Assembly: GCF_018398935.1 (NCBI RefSeq)
Contig: NZ_CP074694.1
Span: 2,160,001 to 2,192,000 of the forward strand
Source: Telmatocola sphagniphila
GTDB taxonomy: Bacteria > Planctomycetota > Planctomycetia > Gemmatales > Gemmataceae
Direction of reading: 5' to 3'
Length of the DNA stretch: 32,000 nt
In this document: in pieces, positions 8,282 to 16,669 of the stretch
Layout of the letters: every line of letters begins with the position of its first letter
Position numbering within the stretch: the stretch's first letter is position 1
Notes under the pieces: generated by a model
Seen by the model: the letters and a program-made list of their open reading frames with translations, nothing else
Databases searched by the model: none
Told to the model about the DNA's origin: nothing
Translations under genes and position numbers: made by a program

Positions 8282-8897
8282 TGGTCTATTCCCCACGTTG
8301 TTCTCAATATTCCCGGGCCCACATCCGAAAGAATTACTCGAACCGTCTCTGATTTTCGCGCTGAGCCTGATAGAGTTTTTCCAGGAATTTATTCTTCTCG
8401 TAGGCTAATACCCGCTCGCCGGTCCAGAGAACTATTCCCACCGCGAACACCAGATCGTCTTAAGTGTTTCCCGCCAGGGATCTCGTTCGCTGGGAAAGAT
8501 TTAGGTCGCATCGGTCACTCCTTCCCCAGAATGAGATCCACGACCCAACAGCCTTTGACATGGGGGTCGTCGCCGCGACAGTGCTGTAGAATTTCATGGT
8601 TATCACAACCGGAGTCCTCGAGAGCATCGGCCAGGATGGGCATTTGGTCGAAGGCACGGTTGTCGTACATGGTCCGGGCGAGGTCCGTGACTGTGGTAGT
8701 TTGCCAGTCTGGGTCGATCGTTAGGGGGCGGAACGGGTTGCCGAAGATGTCGCGAACATGGTCGCTCTGAACATTTCGTTCCGCGTGATAATTTTTTGAT
8801 CGAGATCCGGCTTTCGCTGCCAAATCAGATGAACCATAAGCGACGGGTAAACCACCTTTATCATAAGCTGTTCCATCAGGTGAGACAAAGTCATTAA

Positions 8898-9812
8898 GAG
8901 TCTGTTCCAAAAGCCGAATTAAGCGGCTAGAGTTTTAGGAGTATGGCCTTTATACCGAAACCGTTGTGTATGTTTCACTCGACTGGGATAGAGACGGCGT
9001 AAGTAGTGTTGAATGCATGCGATTTGCACGATGGCCTCGCTGGATTCCGGTAAATGCTCGTAGTCTTTACTTAGCCGTCGACAACGTCCCAACCAGGCGA
9101 AAGTTCGCTCCACCACCCAGCGACTTCTCAGCGGCATAAACTTTCGTTCTCCCGACGGACGATTCACCACCCAAACGGTATAGGGTCGCTTGTGATCCCG
9201 CAGCCAACTCTGCAATTGATAATTGTGATACTTGTTGTCCGCCTGTATGGTTTCCAAGCGGGGAAAAGCAGTTTTGGGCATCTGTTCAAAGAGAGTTTGA
9301 GCGGCTTTGGCATCATCGACATTCGCGCCCGTTACCACTAGGGCTAGCAGTAATCCGAGAGTATCCACCACGATGTGGCGTTTACGGCCGCGGACCTTTT
9401 TGCCGCCATCGGTTCCGACTTCTTCTCCTCCAAAAGCCGTCTTCACCGACTGGCTGTCGATGCAGGCAACGCGAGGATTGGGCGAACGATTGGCCGCTTG
9501 ACGAACGCGACAGCGCAGAGCCGTTAGGATCTCTTCCCAAGTGCCGTCCCGCTTCCAAGCTTCAAAATAATTGTAAACCGTTTTCCACGGGGGAAAGTCA
9601 TGCGGTAAACCTCGCCAGCGACATCCTTCCCTGGTCAGGTAGAATAGGGCATTGACGACTTCTCGCATGTCGGTTTTTCGCGGTCGACCACCGGGTCGAG
9701 CCTCGGGAATCCAGGGCTCCAAAAGAGCCCACTGAGCATCCGTTAAATCTGTTGAATAGGGTTTCCGTTCCATGTGTAATTATACACACATACACGCTTT
9801 TGGAACAGACTC
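8898..9812 (-). mobile_element. IS5-family insertion sequence (IS427/IS1031-like), apparently intact
   Basis: It has perfect 17-bp terminal inverted repeats: GAGTCTGTTCCAAAAGC (8898-8914) and GCTTTTGGAACAGACTC (9796-9812). A 3-bp direct duplication TAA flanks it (8895-8897 and 9813-9815). Length is 915 bp with a single transposase ORF. Confidence 0.9.
8919..9773 (-). CDS. IS5-family transposase (DUF4096-type N-terminus plus DDE domain), single unframeshifted ORF
   Basis: 284 aa. The sequence MERKPYSTDLTDAQWALLEPWIPEARPGGRPRKTDMREVVNALFYLTREGCRWRGLP...WKTVYNYF..W..DGTW, later ...DSQSVK...GGKKVRGRKRHIVVDTLG...ADNKY..., is typical of this IS group. Confidence 0.9.
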   Translation of the reverse strand: MERKPYSTDLTDAQWALLEPWIPEARPGGRPRKTDMREVVNALFYLTREGCRWRGLPHDFPPWKTVYNYFEAWKRDGTWEEILTALRCRVRQAANRSPNPRVACIDSQSVKTAFGGEEVGTDGGKKVRGRKRHIVVDTLGLLLALVVTGANVDDAKAAQTLFEQMPKTAFPRLETIQADNKYHNYQLQSWLRDHKRPYTVWVVNRPSGERKFMPLRSRWVVERTFAWLGRCRRLSKDYEHLPESSEAIVQIACIQHYLRRLYPSRVKHTQRFRYKGHTPKTLAA

Positions 9813-10106
9813 TAAGTGACAGAGTATATGCTGCCATCGCTGCATCTCGAATCACGCCAATATTTTCATGAACATAAACTAATTCAGCTTGGGATCTTGC
9901 CTGAGCTAAATCTCTTTCACCAACCTTTCCTTCAACAAATTCTTCAGTCACTTCAATAACGGCTTTGCTCCTTGGATCCGTCCACTGCTCAAGAACCCTT
10001 CGGCAACCTGCAATTGCAAAAAGCCGAAACTTGCGTTCACTGGCTTTGTCCCGAAGAAAATTTTGCATCGGATTAGGATCGGTCGCTTTCATCCAGACTT
10101 CCTCTG

Positions 10107-10807
10107 TCACGGCAACTGCCCCTTCCATACGCGAACCATGATCGGGTTGTGTACGATCACGTCCCCCCATTTACGGTAAGTAGGTTTTTCCTGATGCTGC
10201 CCGTCCGCTAATTCATCCCATGGCACACCATTCGTTCTGCAGATCAATGAGACGTTGTGCATCTGCCAGGCCGCGACTCCTTTTTGTTCTCCGACAACAC
10301 CACAGATGACGAAGCCGTGAGGAAGGATGACTAAAACTTGAGAGCCGATTTCGAGCATGGGATTAACCTGTAAGAATTTTGTGAGTATGAAATCATCACC
10401 GCCGAAACAGACATGACTCCCGTCGTATTCGTAACCATCGCCCTGCGCGGTTGCACCACCGGCACCCTCCTGGAACCAACTTCCAAAAGGTACGTGGGGT
10501 CCATCTCCCGTGCAGTAATCTTCTTGCCCATCCAGGGTATAAATCAGGCAATAGCCATCTCCTGAATAGATTTCTTCTTCAAATGGTGAACCGGTACTTT
10601 TGTTATTGAGCATTCGGTCTCCAGTTCCTAACCGAAGATATTCGAGAAAATAACCTTGTTTAACGCCTTCGAATTGGCAATCCTTCCGATACCATTCTGA
10701 TTCCCAGAGCTTACCTTGTTCCTCCAGCCAGTCCGCAAAATGAGTCGAGGAACAGGATCCAGAGGATAATCAAAGATGGTTTTTAGGAAGGCGTTACGAT
10801 CTCTCAC
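10107..10807 (-). pseudogene. TIGR02996-type (repeat-companion N-terminal domain) protein with a 1-nt frameshift
   Basis: From GTG 10807 the translation is (M)RDRNAFLKTIFDYPLDPVPRLI, then the frame is lost at the A4 run 10737-10740. One extra base gives ...RLIFADWLEEQGKLWESEWYRKDC..., which runs directly into ORF 10107..10613. AFL..I...P.D..PRL..ADWLEE.G is the TIGR02996 signature as I remember it. Confidence 0.7.
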
Positions 10808-11345
10808 AACATGAATCCTCTCATTATTGGTTCGCCCATTTGGATTGGCGAACCTTCGCCCTTTTCGGGCTCTGTCGCACGGTTGGTGCAATAAGTAGCT
10901 GTGAATTCATAAGGTTGGAAACGTGCAATTCAGGATTTGGAAAAGCATCCATTCTCGAAAACGAATGTCCCCAGAATCAACTCCACTCCTACGGACCTCC
11001 AAGTTCTTCGGATGAATTCCTTTCTCTAACAAGCATGCATCCGCTCGACACAATTCTCAAGCAATTCGTGATTTTCAACCTTGTGTTCACATAAAGGTGA
11101 ACCAGTTCAGCCTCCAGCCTCTTCCCTTCAATTATTTGGAAACATCTACAATCGACAGGAATGTCTCCCAATCTAATAATCGTTTATCACCAACTGGGAG
11201 ACAGAGCCCATTTTCGATCGGCGTTTGCACCTAGTCTCAAGGAAGGGCTCATTTTTCCAAGAGCGCGACCTCCGGTCCGAAGGCCGCGTTCATTTCGCAC
11301 GCCACCGTAGTACTCAGTTGACGGCTGTCTCATTCCTTTATTCCA

Positions 11346-14300
11346 ATGCCGCCTGGATCTCGACTACCCAAGCCTATTCAACTTGGAGTTTGGTTTTTTC
11401 GAGTCCATGGTCTGTCCCTGGTTGCATTACTTTCGCTCCTGTTCGTACAAATACCTCTGATATTTTTTTTACGCGGCGAACACACTCCGCACTTACGCAG
11501 GGAGGGATCTGCCATTAACAGAACATCATTGCTCCTACTCTTACTTCCTGGATTATTACTGTCTGGGTCAATCAACGCGGCCGACCCACCTCTCTTGCTT
11601 CAACGACCGACAGTCAGTGAGAAGCTGATTGCGTTCTCTTATGCGGGCGATCTGTGGACAGTCGACAGATCTGGAGGAGACGCACGACGTCTGACCGCAG
11701 GCGTCGGTTTGGAAACCTACCCCGTCTTTTCTCCCGACGGCAAAATGGTTGCATTCGCCGGGGATTATGAAGGTAATCTCGATGTTTATGTCATTCCTTC
11801 AGAGGGAGGAATTCCCAAGCGGTTAACCTATCATCCCGATTCGGATGCTCCGGTCGGCTGGACGCCCGACGGGAAGAACATCCTTTTTCGTTCGGGTCGC
11901 ACCAGTTCGGCTCGCTTCCTGAAGTTGTTCTCGGTGCCGGTTGAAGGGGGACAACCCTCCGAACTTCCCCTTCCCATGGCGGAGGATGGCTCGCTCTCCC
12001 CAGATGGTAAGAAGATCGCTTATGTGCCACTCTCCAACAAACCGCCGTTCCCGGGTAGCTTCCGTCCGGTGCGAAATTATCGCGGTGGAACGGCCTCACC
12101 GGTATGGATCGCCGATCTGGCGGATTCATCGATTACCAAAGTGCCGCGAAAAGATTCCAATGACTTTAATCCCATGTGGATTGGCGACCAAATTTACTTC
12201 CTCTCCGATCGCGACGGACCGACGACGCTGTTCGCTTACAATATCGCGTCCAAAGAAGTCAAACGAGTGCTGGCACCGGAAGCCCAGGATATTAAATCCG
12301 CTTCCTCTTGCGGCAACGCAATCGTTTATGACCGATTCGGATCGGTGCACTTATTCGACGTGACAACGGGCGTTACAAAACCTGTCTCCATTCGTATCAA
12401 CGCCGATCTCCCAGGAGTGCGGCCCAAGCTGGAGAAGGTCGCCAAGAACATCCAAAAAGCGAGCTTGTCTCCAACCGGAGTTCGTGCTTTATTCGAAGCC
12501 CGCGGTGAAGTGGTAAGCGTACCCGTCGAAAAAGGGGATGTTCGAAATCTGACGAATTCAACCGGAGTCGCGGAACGTGATCCGGTATGGTCTCCCGATG
12601 GAAAAGCCGTGGCCTATCTCTCCGACGAGTCCGGCGAATATAAGCTCCACATTCGTTCGCAGAGCGGATTCGGGGAAGTGAAAAAATTCACGTTGGGTGA
12701 AAGTCCCTCGTTTTATTACAACCCCGTTTGGTCGCCCGATAGCAAACGGATCGCCTATCAGGATAAACGGCAAAACCTCTTTTACATTGATCTTGAAACC
12801 GGTAAGTCGACGAAGGCCGATACGGGACCCTATGACGATGATGTGCCTTCTGCGCCCGTTTGGTCGCCCGACGGACGCTGGCTGGCGCATTCTCGACTTC
12901 TGAAAAACTACCTCTATGCGGTCTTTTTACACTCCCTTGAGACGGGGAAGACCAGCCAGATTACCGACGGGATGAGCGACGCGAAACATGTCGCTTTCGA
13001 CAAGAGCGGGAAATACCTCTTTCTGACCGCCAGTACCGATATCGGCCCGGCAGTGGGCTCGGGTATGTCCAGCCTGAATCGTCCGGTGACAAGAAGCGCC
13101 TACGTGATAGTACTCAATAAGACCGATCACTCTCCGCTAGCTCCCGAGAGCGATGACGAAAAAGTCAAACAGGAAAAGGAAAAGAAGGAGAACGATAAAG
13201 AGAAGAAAGAAGGCAGCAAAGAGCTGCCTAAGGTTACCATTGACTTGGATGATATCGATCAGCGAACGCTCTCCCTACCCGTACCGGCGAAAAATTACAT
13301 CGGTTTGCTCTCATGCAAAGCGGGCTCGATTTTGCTTCTCGAAGCGCCGGTCGTTTTGAATCCTGACGATTCCAGCCTGAACCCGGACTCTCCGCCTTTG
13401 ATCGTTCATCGTTTCGATCTGGAGAAGAAAAAGATGGAAAAGTTGATCGAAGGAACGACCCGAGTTGCCGTCTCTTTCGATGGGGAAAAGATGCTGTATC
13501 GGTTAGGAGATAACTGGTTTGTGACTGGAACAGGACAACCGGCGAAGCCTGGCGAGGGAGAATTAAAACTCGATAAGGTCGAAATTTTGGTCGATCCCCG
13601 AGCTGAGTGGCGACAAATCTACCGAGAGGTTCTGCGACTCGAACGCGACTTCCTCTATGATCCCCACTTCCATGGCTACGACCTAAAAGGCATGTGGGCC
13701 AAACATGAGCCTTATTTGAATGGATTGGGAAGTCGTTACGAATTGAACTACTTGTTAGACGAATTATTAGCCGGGCTGAGCTTGCAGCATGTCTACTTGA
13801 CGGGAGGTGACGTACCGCGTCCGGAAAATCGAAAATGTGGTCTTCTCGGCGCGGATTATCGCGTTGAGAATGACAGACACCGGATCATCAAGGTCTATCG
13901 CGGGGAGAGTTGGAACCCCAGCTTGCGAGCTCCTCTCACACAGCCCGGCGCGCAAGTCAAGGAAGGAGAATATTTGTTAGCTGTGGAGGGGAGGGAGCTT
14001 CGCGGAGAGGACGAAATCTACCGTCTATTTGAAGGGACCGCCGGAAGGCAGGTCGTACTAAAAGTTGGCCCATCGCCTGACGGAAAAGAGAGTCGGGAGA
14101 TCACGGTCGTACCGACCTCAAGCGAACGGGCTTTGCGGAACTTGGCCTGGGTCGATGCCAATCGTCGGACGGTGGATCGATTGACGGAGGGCCGGGTAGC
14201 TTACATCTACCTCCCCGACACGCAATCGCAAGGTTATACGCGTTTCAACCGTTACTTTTTTGCCCAGGCCGGGCGCGAGGGAGCAATCGTCGACGAACGC

Positions 14301-14825
14301 TTCAACGGGGGCGGATTACTGGCCGATCACGTTATCGATTACTTGCGACAGCCCATCCGCAATTATGCGAGCACTCGCGAGGGGGCCGACCAGGCATTCC
14401 CTACTTCAGCTATTCCCGGACCGAAGGTGATGCTCATCAACGAACAAGCGGGATCCGGAGGCGACTACCTGCCCTATACATTCCGCCAGTCTAAGCTTGG
14501 GCCTCTGGTGGGCAAGCGAACCTGGGGTGGTCTCGTAGGCATAGGGGGTTATCCAGAGCTTATTGATGGAGGAAGCGTAACGGCGCCCCGTTGGGGCATT
14601 TGGTTTCCCAACAGCCGCTGGGACGTAGAAAACCGGGGCGTTGCTCCTGATATCGAAGTAGAATTCGATCCCCGGATCGCCAGACAAGGGAAAGACCCCC
14701 AGTTGGAGAAAGCCATCGAAATCGTATTAGAGGAGTTGAAAAAGAGTCCGGTCAAGCGCCCGAATCGGCCCCCTTTCCCAAACTATTACGAGCCCGGCTT
14801 GAAAGAACGATCCGAAGGGAAATAA
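11346..14825 (+). CDS. tricorn protease homologue (peptidase S41 family with beta-propeller/PDZ modules)
   Basis: 1159-aa ORF. PTVSEKLIAFSYAGDLWTVDRSGGDARRLT, VFSPDGKMVAFAGDYEGNLDVYV and repeated SPDGK blades are present. So are an acidic/Lys-rich insert (DDEKVKQEKEKKENDKEKKEG) and a C-terminal S41 region (IVDERFNGGG...INEQAGSGGDY). The true start is uncertain (see finding). Confidence 0.9.
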   Translation: MPPGSRLPKPIQLGVWFFRVHGLSLVALLSLLFVQIPLIFFLRGEHTPHLRREGSAINRTSLLLLLLPGLLLSGSINAADPPLLLQRPTVSEKLIAFSYAGDLWTVDRSGGDARRLTAGVGLETYPVFSPDGKMVAFAGDYEGNLDVYVIPSEGGIPKRLTYHPDSDAPVGWTPDGKNILFRSGRTSSARFLKLFSVPVEGGQPSELPLPMAEDGSLSPDGKKIAYVPLSNKPPFPGSFRPVRNYRGGTASPVWIADLADSSITKVPRKDSNDFNPMWIGDQIYFLSDRDGPTTLFAYNIASKEVKRVLAPEAQDIKSASSCGNAIVYDRFGSVHLFDVTTGVTKPVSIRINADLPGVRPKLEKVAKNIQKASLSPTGVRALFEARGEVVSVPVEKGDVRNLTNSTGVAERDPVWSPDGKAVAYLSDESGEYKLHIRSQSGFGEVKKFTLGESPSFYYNPVWSPDSKRIAYQDKRQNLFYIDLETGKSTKADTGPYDDDVPSAPVWSPDGRWLAHSRLLKNYLYAVFLHSLETGKTSQITDGMSDAKHVAFDKSGKYLFLTASTDIGPAVGSGMSSLNRPVTRSAYVIVLNKTDHSPLAPESDDEKVKQEKEKKENDKEKKEGSKELPKVTIDLDDIDQRTLSLPVPAKNYIGLLSCKAGSILLLEAPVVLNPDDSSLNPDSPPLIVHRFDLEKKKMEKLIEGTTRVAVSFDGEKMLYRLGDNWFVTGTGQPAKPGEGELKLDKVEILVDPRAEWRQIYREVLRLERDFLYDPHFHGYDLKGMWAKHEPYLNGLGSRYELNYLLDELLAGLSLQHVYLTGGDVPRPENRKCGLLGADYRVENDRHRIIKVYRGESWNPSLRAPLTQPGAQVKEGEYLLAVEGRELRGEDEIYRLFEGTAGRQVVLKVGPSPDGKESREITVVPTSSERALRNLAWVDANRRTVDRLTEGRVAYIYLPDTQSQGYTRFNRYFFAQAGREGAIVDERFNGGGLLADHVIDYLRQPIRNYASTREGADQAFPTSAIPGPKVMLINEQAGSGGDYLPYTFRQSKLGPLVGKRTWGGLVGIGGYPELIDGGSVTAPRWGIWFPNSRWDVENRGVAPDIEVEFDPRIARQGKDPQLEKAIEIVLEELKKSPVKRPNRPPFPNYYEPGLKERSEGK

Positions 14826-14836
14826 GTTATATCGGT

Positions 14837-14882
14837 TCGAGGTCGTGTGGATGCGAAGGGAATGGCATTCACACGACCTCGA
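14837..14882 (+). terminator. long stem-loop 12 nt after the tricorn stop
   Basis: TCGAGGTCGTGTG (14837-14849) pairs perfectly with CACACGACCTCGA (14870-14882): 13 bp with a 20-nt loop. There is no U-tract, so it may act as a terminator or as an RNA-stability element. Confidence 0.4.
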
Positions 14883-14907
14883 TAACCCTTTACTAATCGA
14901 GCTTTTC

Positions 14908-14928
14908 TATAAAAAGGGTCGCACCCTT
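14908..14928 (-). terminator. weak minus-strand terminator-like hairpin
   Basis: In minus sense it reads AAGGGT-gcg-ACCCTT followed by TTTATAG. The stem is short (6 bp) and the U-tract is short. Confidence 0.25.
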
Positions 14929-15024
14929 CGGAGTTAGATTGCCGACGTTCTGTTCCCTAATAAGGGATGGTTCTTGAGATGTTTCAGAAGCCGAAGGAAC
15001 TAGACTTCGAAACCCTTCGATATC

Positions 15025-15869
15025 TCAACTTTGAACTACTTCTGCGATTGGCTTGGAGGGCAGACAACTTATCGCCCACCCTGCGGCTGTTCTTGGACAT
15101 TGCGAAGCGATAAGTCCGCACAATTCCCATGTAGTGAGTTTTCTACAGCCCAGTTCAATTTGTCTAGTTTTATCCGGGTTGAGGTGACCTCTGTTGAACT
15201 TTTTCTTCAGGACGGATTGCGAGCCTCGGAATTCGTTTGGGCCGGGTGATCGTTCGGGAAGCCGTTGGCGATCTACCCAAGATCTGATAATAGTCCCGGC
15301 TACACTTCGAATACCACTACCTCGAAGTAAGCGCAATCCAGCAATGGCTCGAGGCGCCGGAACACGCACTCCTCGAAGTAGGTCTGAGACCACCAGAATA
15401 CTGGGTATTTTTGGAAAAGGGCGGGACATAGCCGGATTTCATTCGACTTCGGACTAGCATAAGGTCGCGGCACCTGAATTGGTTTGGCTTCTGGGAATTC
15501 GGTAACGGCTTCAGTGAGACGCGTCACCACCATCTCATAGAACTGTCCCACGGACTTGCACTGTTCCTCCGAAGCCTGTGGCAGGTAGCCGCGAAAACCG
15601 GCAGTAGTCCAGGCACTCTTCGCGCCACGCCACCAAGTTGTTCGCGGGGCAAAAGAGTTCTTCCGTTTCATCCTCCGGAGTCGGCCATGCGTACCGGAAC
15701 GAGATCGAAGACGCGGCGGTCCTGAGGGAGCGAGACTAAGGCTGGGGGAGGCCGCAGTCCAGAGAACTGGCCAATTCCTCCAGGTCAGACTGCTCAAGTG
15801 GCGGCGTGATCTCAACAGCAAAGTCCTCGCGCCGATCGCGCGTGCCTTACTTTCAACGCCGAACGGCAC
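15025..15869 (-). pseudogene. multi-frameshifted decayed coding region (contains a J-domain-like DYYQILG motif)
   Basis: Two overlapping Arg/Ser/Pro-rich ORFs (134 and 189 aa) do not look like real proteins. A third minus frame reads SRDYYQILGRSPTAS (15295-15275) with no start codon. Another frame reads LKKKFNRGHLNPDK. At about 15825-15740 a stop-interrupted frame reads DFAVEITPPLEQSDLEELASSLDCGLPQP*. Confidence 0.25.
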
Positions 15870-15879
15870 TAACGATTTT

Positions 15880-16593
15880 TTACTTCTTCTCTCGTAATGG
15901 AGAAATCATGCCATTTAACTTCGAGACTTTTGCCTCCAATTCCTTAACCAGCTTCTGAAAATCCGCACGCGGACGAAGAAGTTCTAAAGAGGCAGCCGAC
16001 TTCAAACGACCTACCCCGGTAAACCCCTCGGCAATTGCTTGGTGGAGCGATTTCATTGCCTGCTCAACTTCGGCTTTTCCTTCCTCAGTAGTAATAATTG
16101 AGGCTTCGTTTGATGCGATTGCCGCAAGTTCAGAATGGTAGCAGGCGAGGTTGAAATAATCGCGCGGGGCGAGCATTGGCAATTGCTCCACCAATTCAAT
16201 AGCACGGCGGATTGACCTGACTGCCTCTTTGGGTTGCCCCAAACGGCGCTGGACGGCCCCCAGTCCTGCGAGCTTGGATGCCAGTTCAATCCGCAGCCAA
16301 GCGATTGGAAGTTCGTTAACGTTGATCTTCTCGATCAGAGATAGCGCCTCTTGGCAATTCATCAAGGCCTGTTTGAGATTCCCGCCGGCGCGGAGTATCT
16401 GACCGGATTTAACAAGGCTGCGCGCTAATAGATAGTTTAATTGTGAACTGAAAGCTTCATCAGCTTTAGCATGTTTCAGGAAATAGGATTGCAATTTTTC
16501 GTAGAATTTTAGGGCTTCCGCAGAATTCCCCAGCTGCACGCATACATCTCCCAGTGTGTTGTAGCATTCTCTTAACGCGGGCAATGCCCGCAA
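15880..16593 (-). pseudogene. detached C-terminal TPR-like portion of a Ser/Thr kinase sensor protein
   Basis: 237 codons. The only start is a TTG three codons after a stop (TAA 16603-16605). The repeats are of the same style as the kinase C-terminal region. The ending is typical, by memory, of planctomycete sigma-linked kinases: ...RDYFNLACYHSELAAIAS...AIAEGF...LELLRPRADFQKLVKELE. Confidence 0.65.
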
Positions 16594-16610
16594 CCCTAGG
16601 TATTAACGAA

Positions 16611-16669
16611 CATGGCGTCGGTTTATCCAATGGAAGTAACCACACAACCGTTGGAGACTCGACGCCATG
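16611..16669 (+). promoter_or_regulatory. 10-bp inverted repeat enclosing the start codon of the 515-aa ORF
   Basis: CATGGCGTCG (16611-16620) and CGACGCCATG (16660-16669) form a perfect inverted repeat with a 39-nt spacer. The second arm contains the ATG at 16667. Confidence 0.3.

Larger units (their letters stand above)
8515..10092 (-). pseudogene. planctomycete paralogous-family protein (FGNPFRP...PILADALEDSGC...HVKGCWVVDLILGKE type) disrupted by an IS
   Basis: The 5' part runs from ATG 10092 (AGGAAG 7 nt upstream): MKATDPNPMQNFLRDKASERKFRLFAIAGCRR...AAMAAYTLSL. The 3' part is NDFVSPDG...HVKGCWVVDLILGKE*. Removing 8898-9812 plus one TAA joins them in frame into 219 codons. Confidence 0.85.

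Noticed and set aside
8334-8450. 38-codon minus-strand ORF (GTG; VFAVGIVLWTGERVLAYEKNKFLEKLYQAQRENQRRFE) between the nuclease-like gene and the IS-hit gene
   Set aside because: It has a plausible single-TM peptide shape. However, it has no SD, an alternative start codon and no family recognition, so the sequence alone cannot support it.
8138-8770. 210-aa plus-strand ORF
   Set aside because: It runs antisense across two minus-strand genes and the spacer between them. Its composition is Arg/Ser/Pro-rich and non-protein-like.
14832-14845. GGTTCGAGG, reminiscent of a tRNA T-arm
   Set aside because: It is part of the 13-bp terminator-like stem. No acceptor, D or anticodon arms can be drawn around it. 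I found no tRNA elsewhere in the window.
15300-15869. 189-aa ORF as an intact gene
   Set aside because: Its N-terminal half is low-complexity Arg/Ser/Pro/Trp sequence. It overlaps a second ORF in another frame, and motif fragments lie in other frames. I treat the region as a decayed pseudogene instead.
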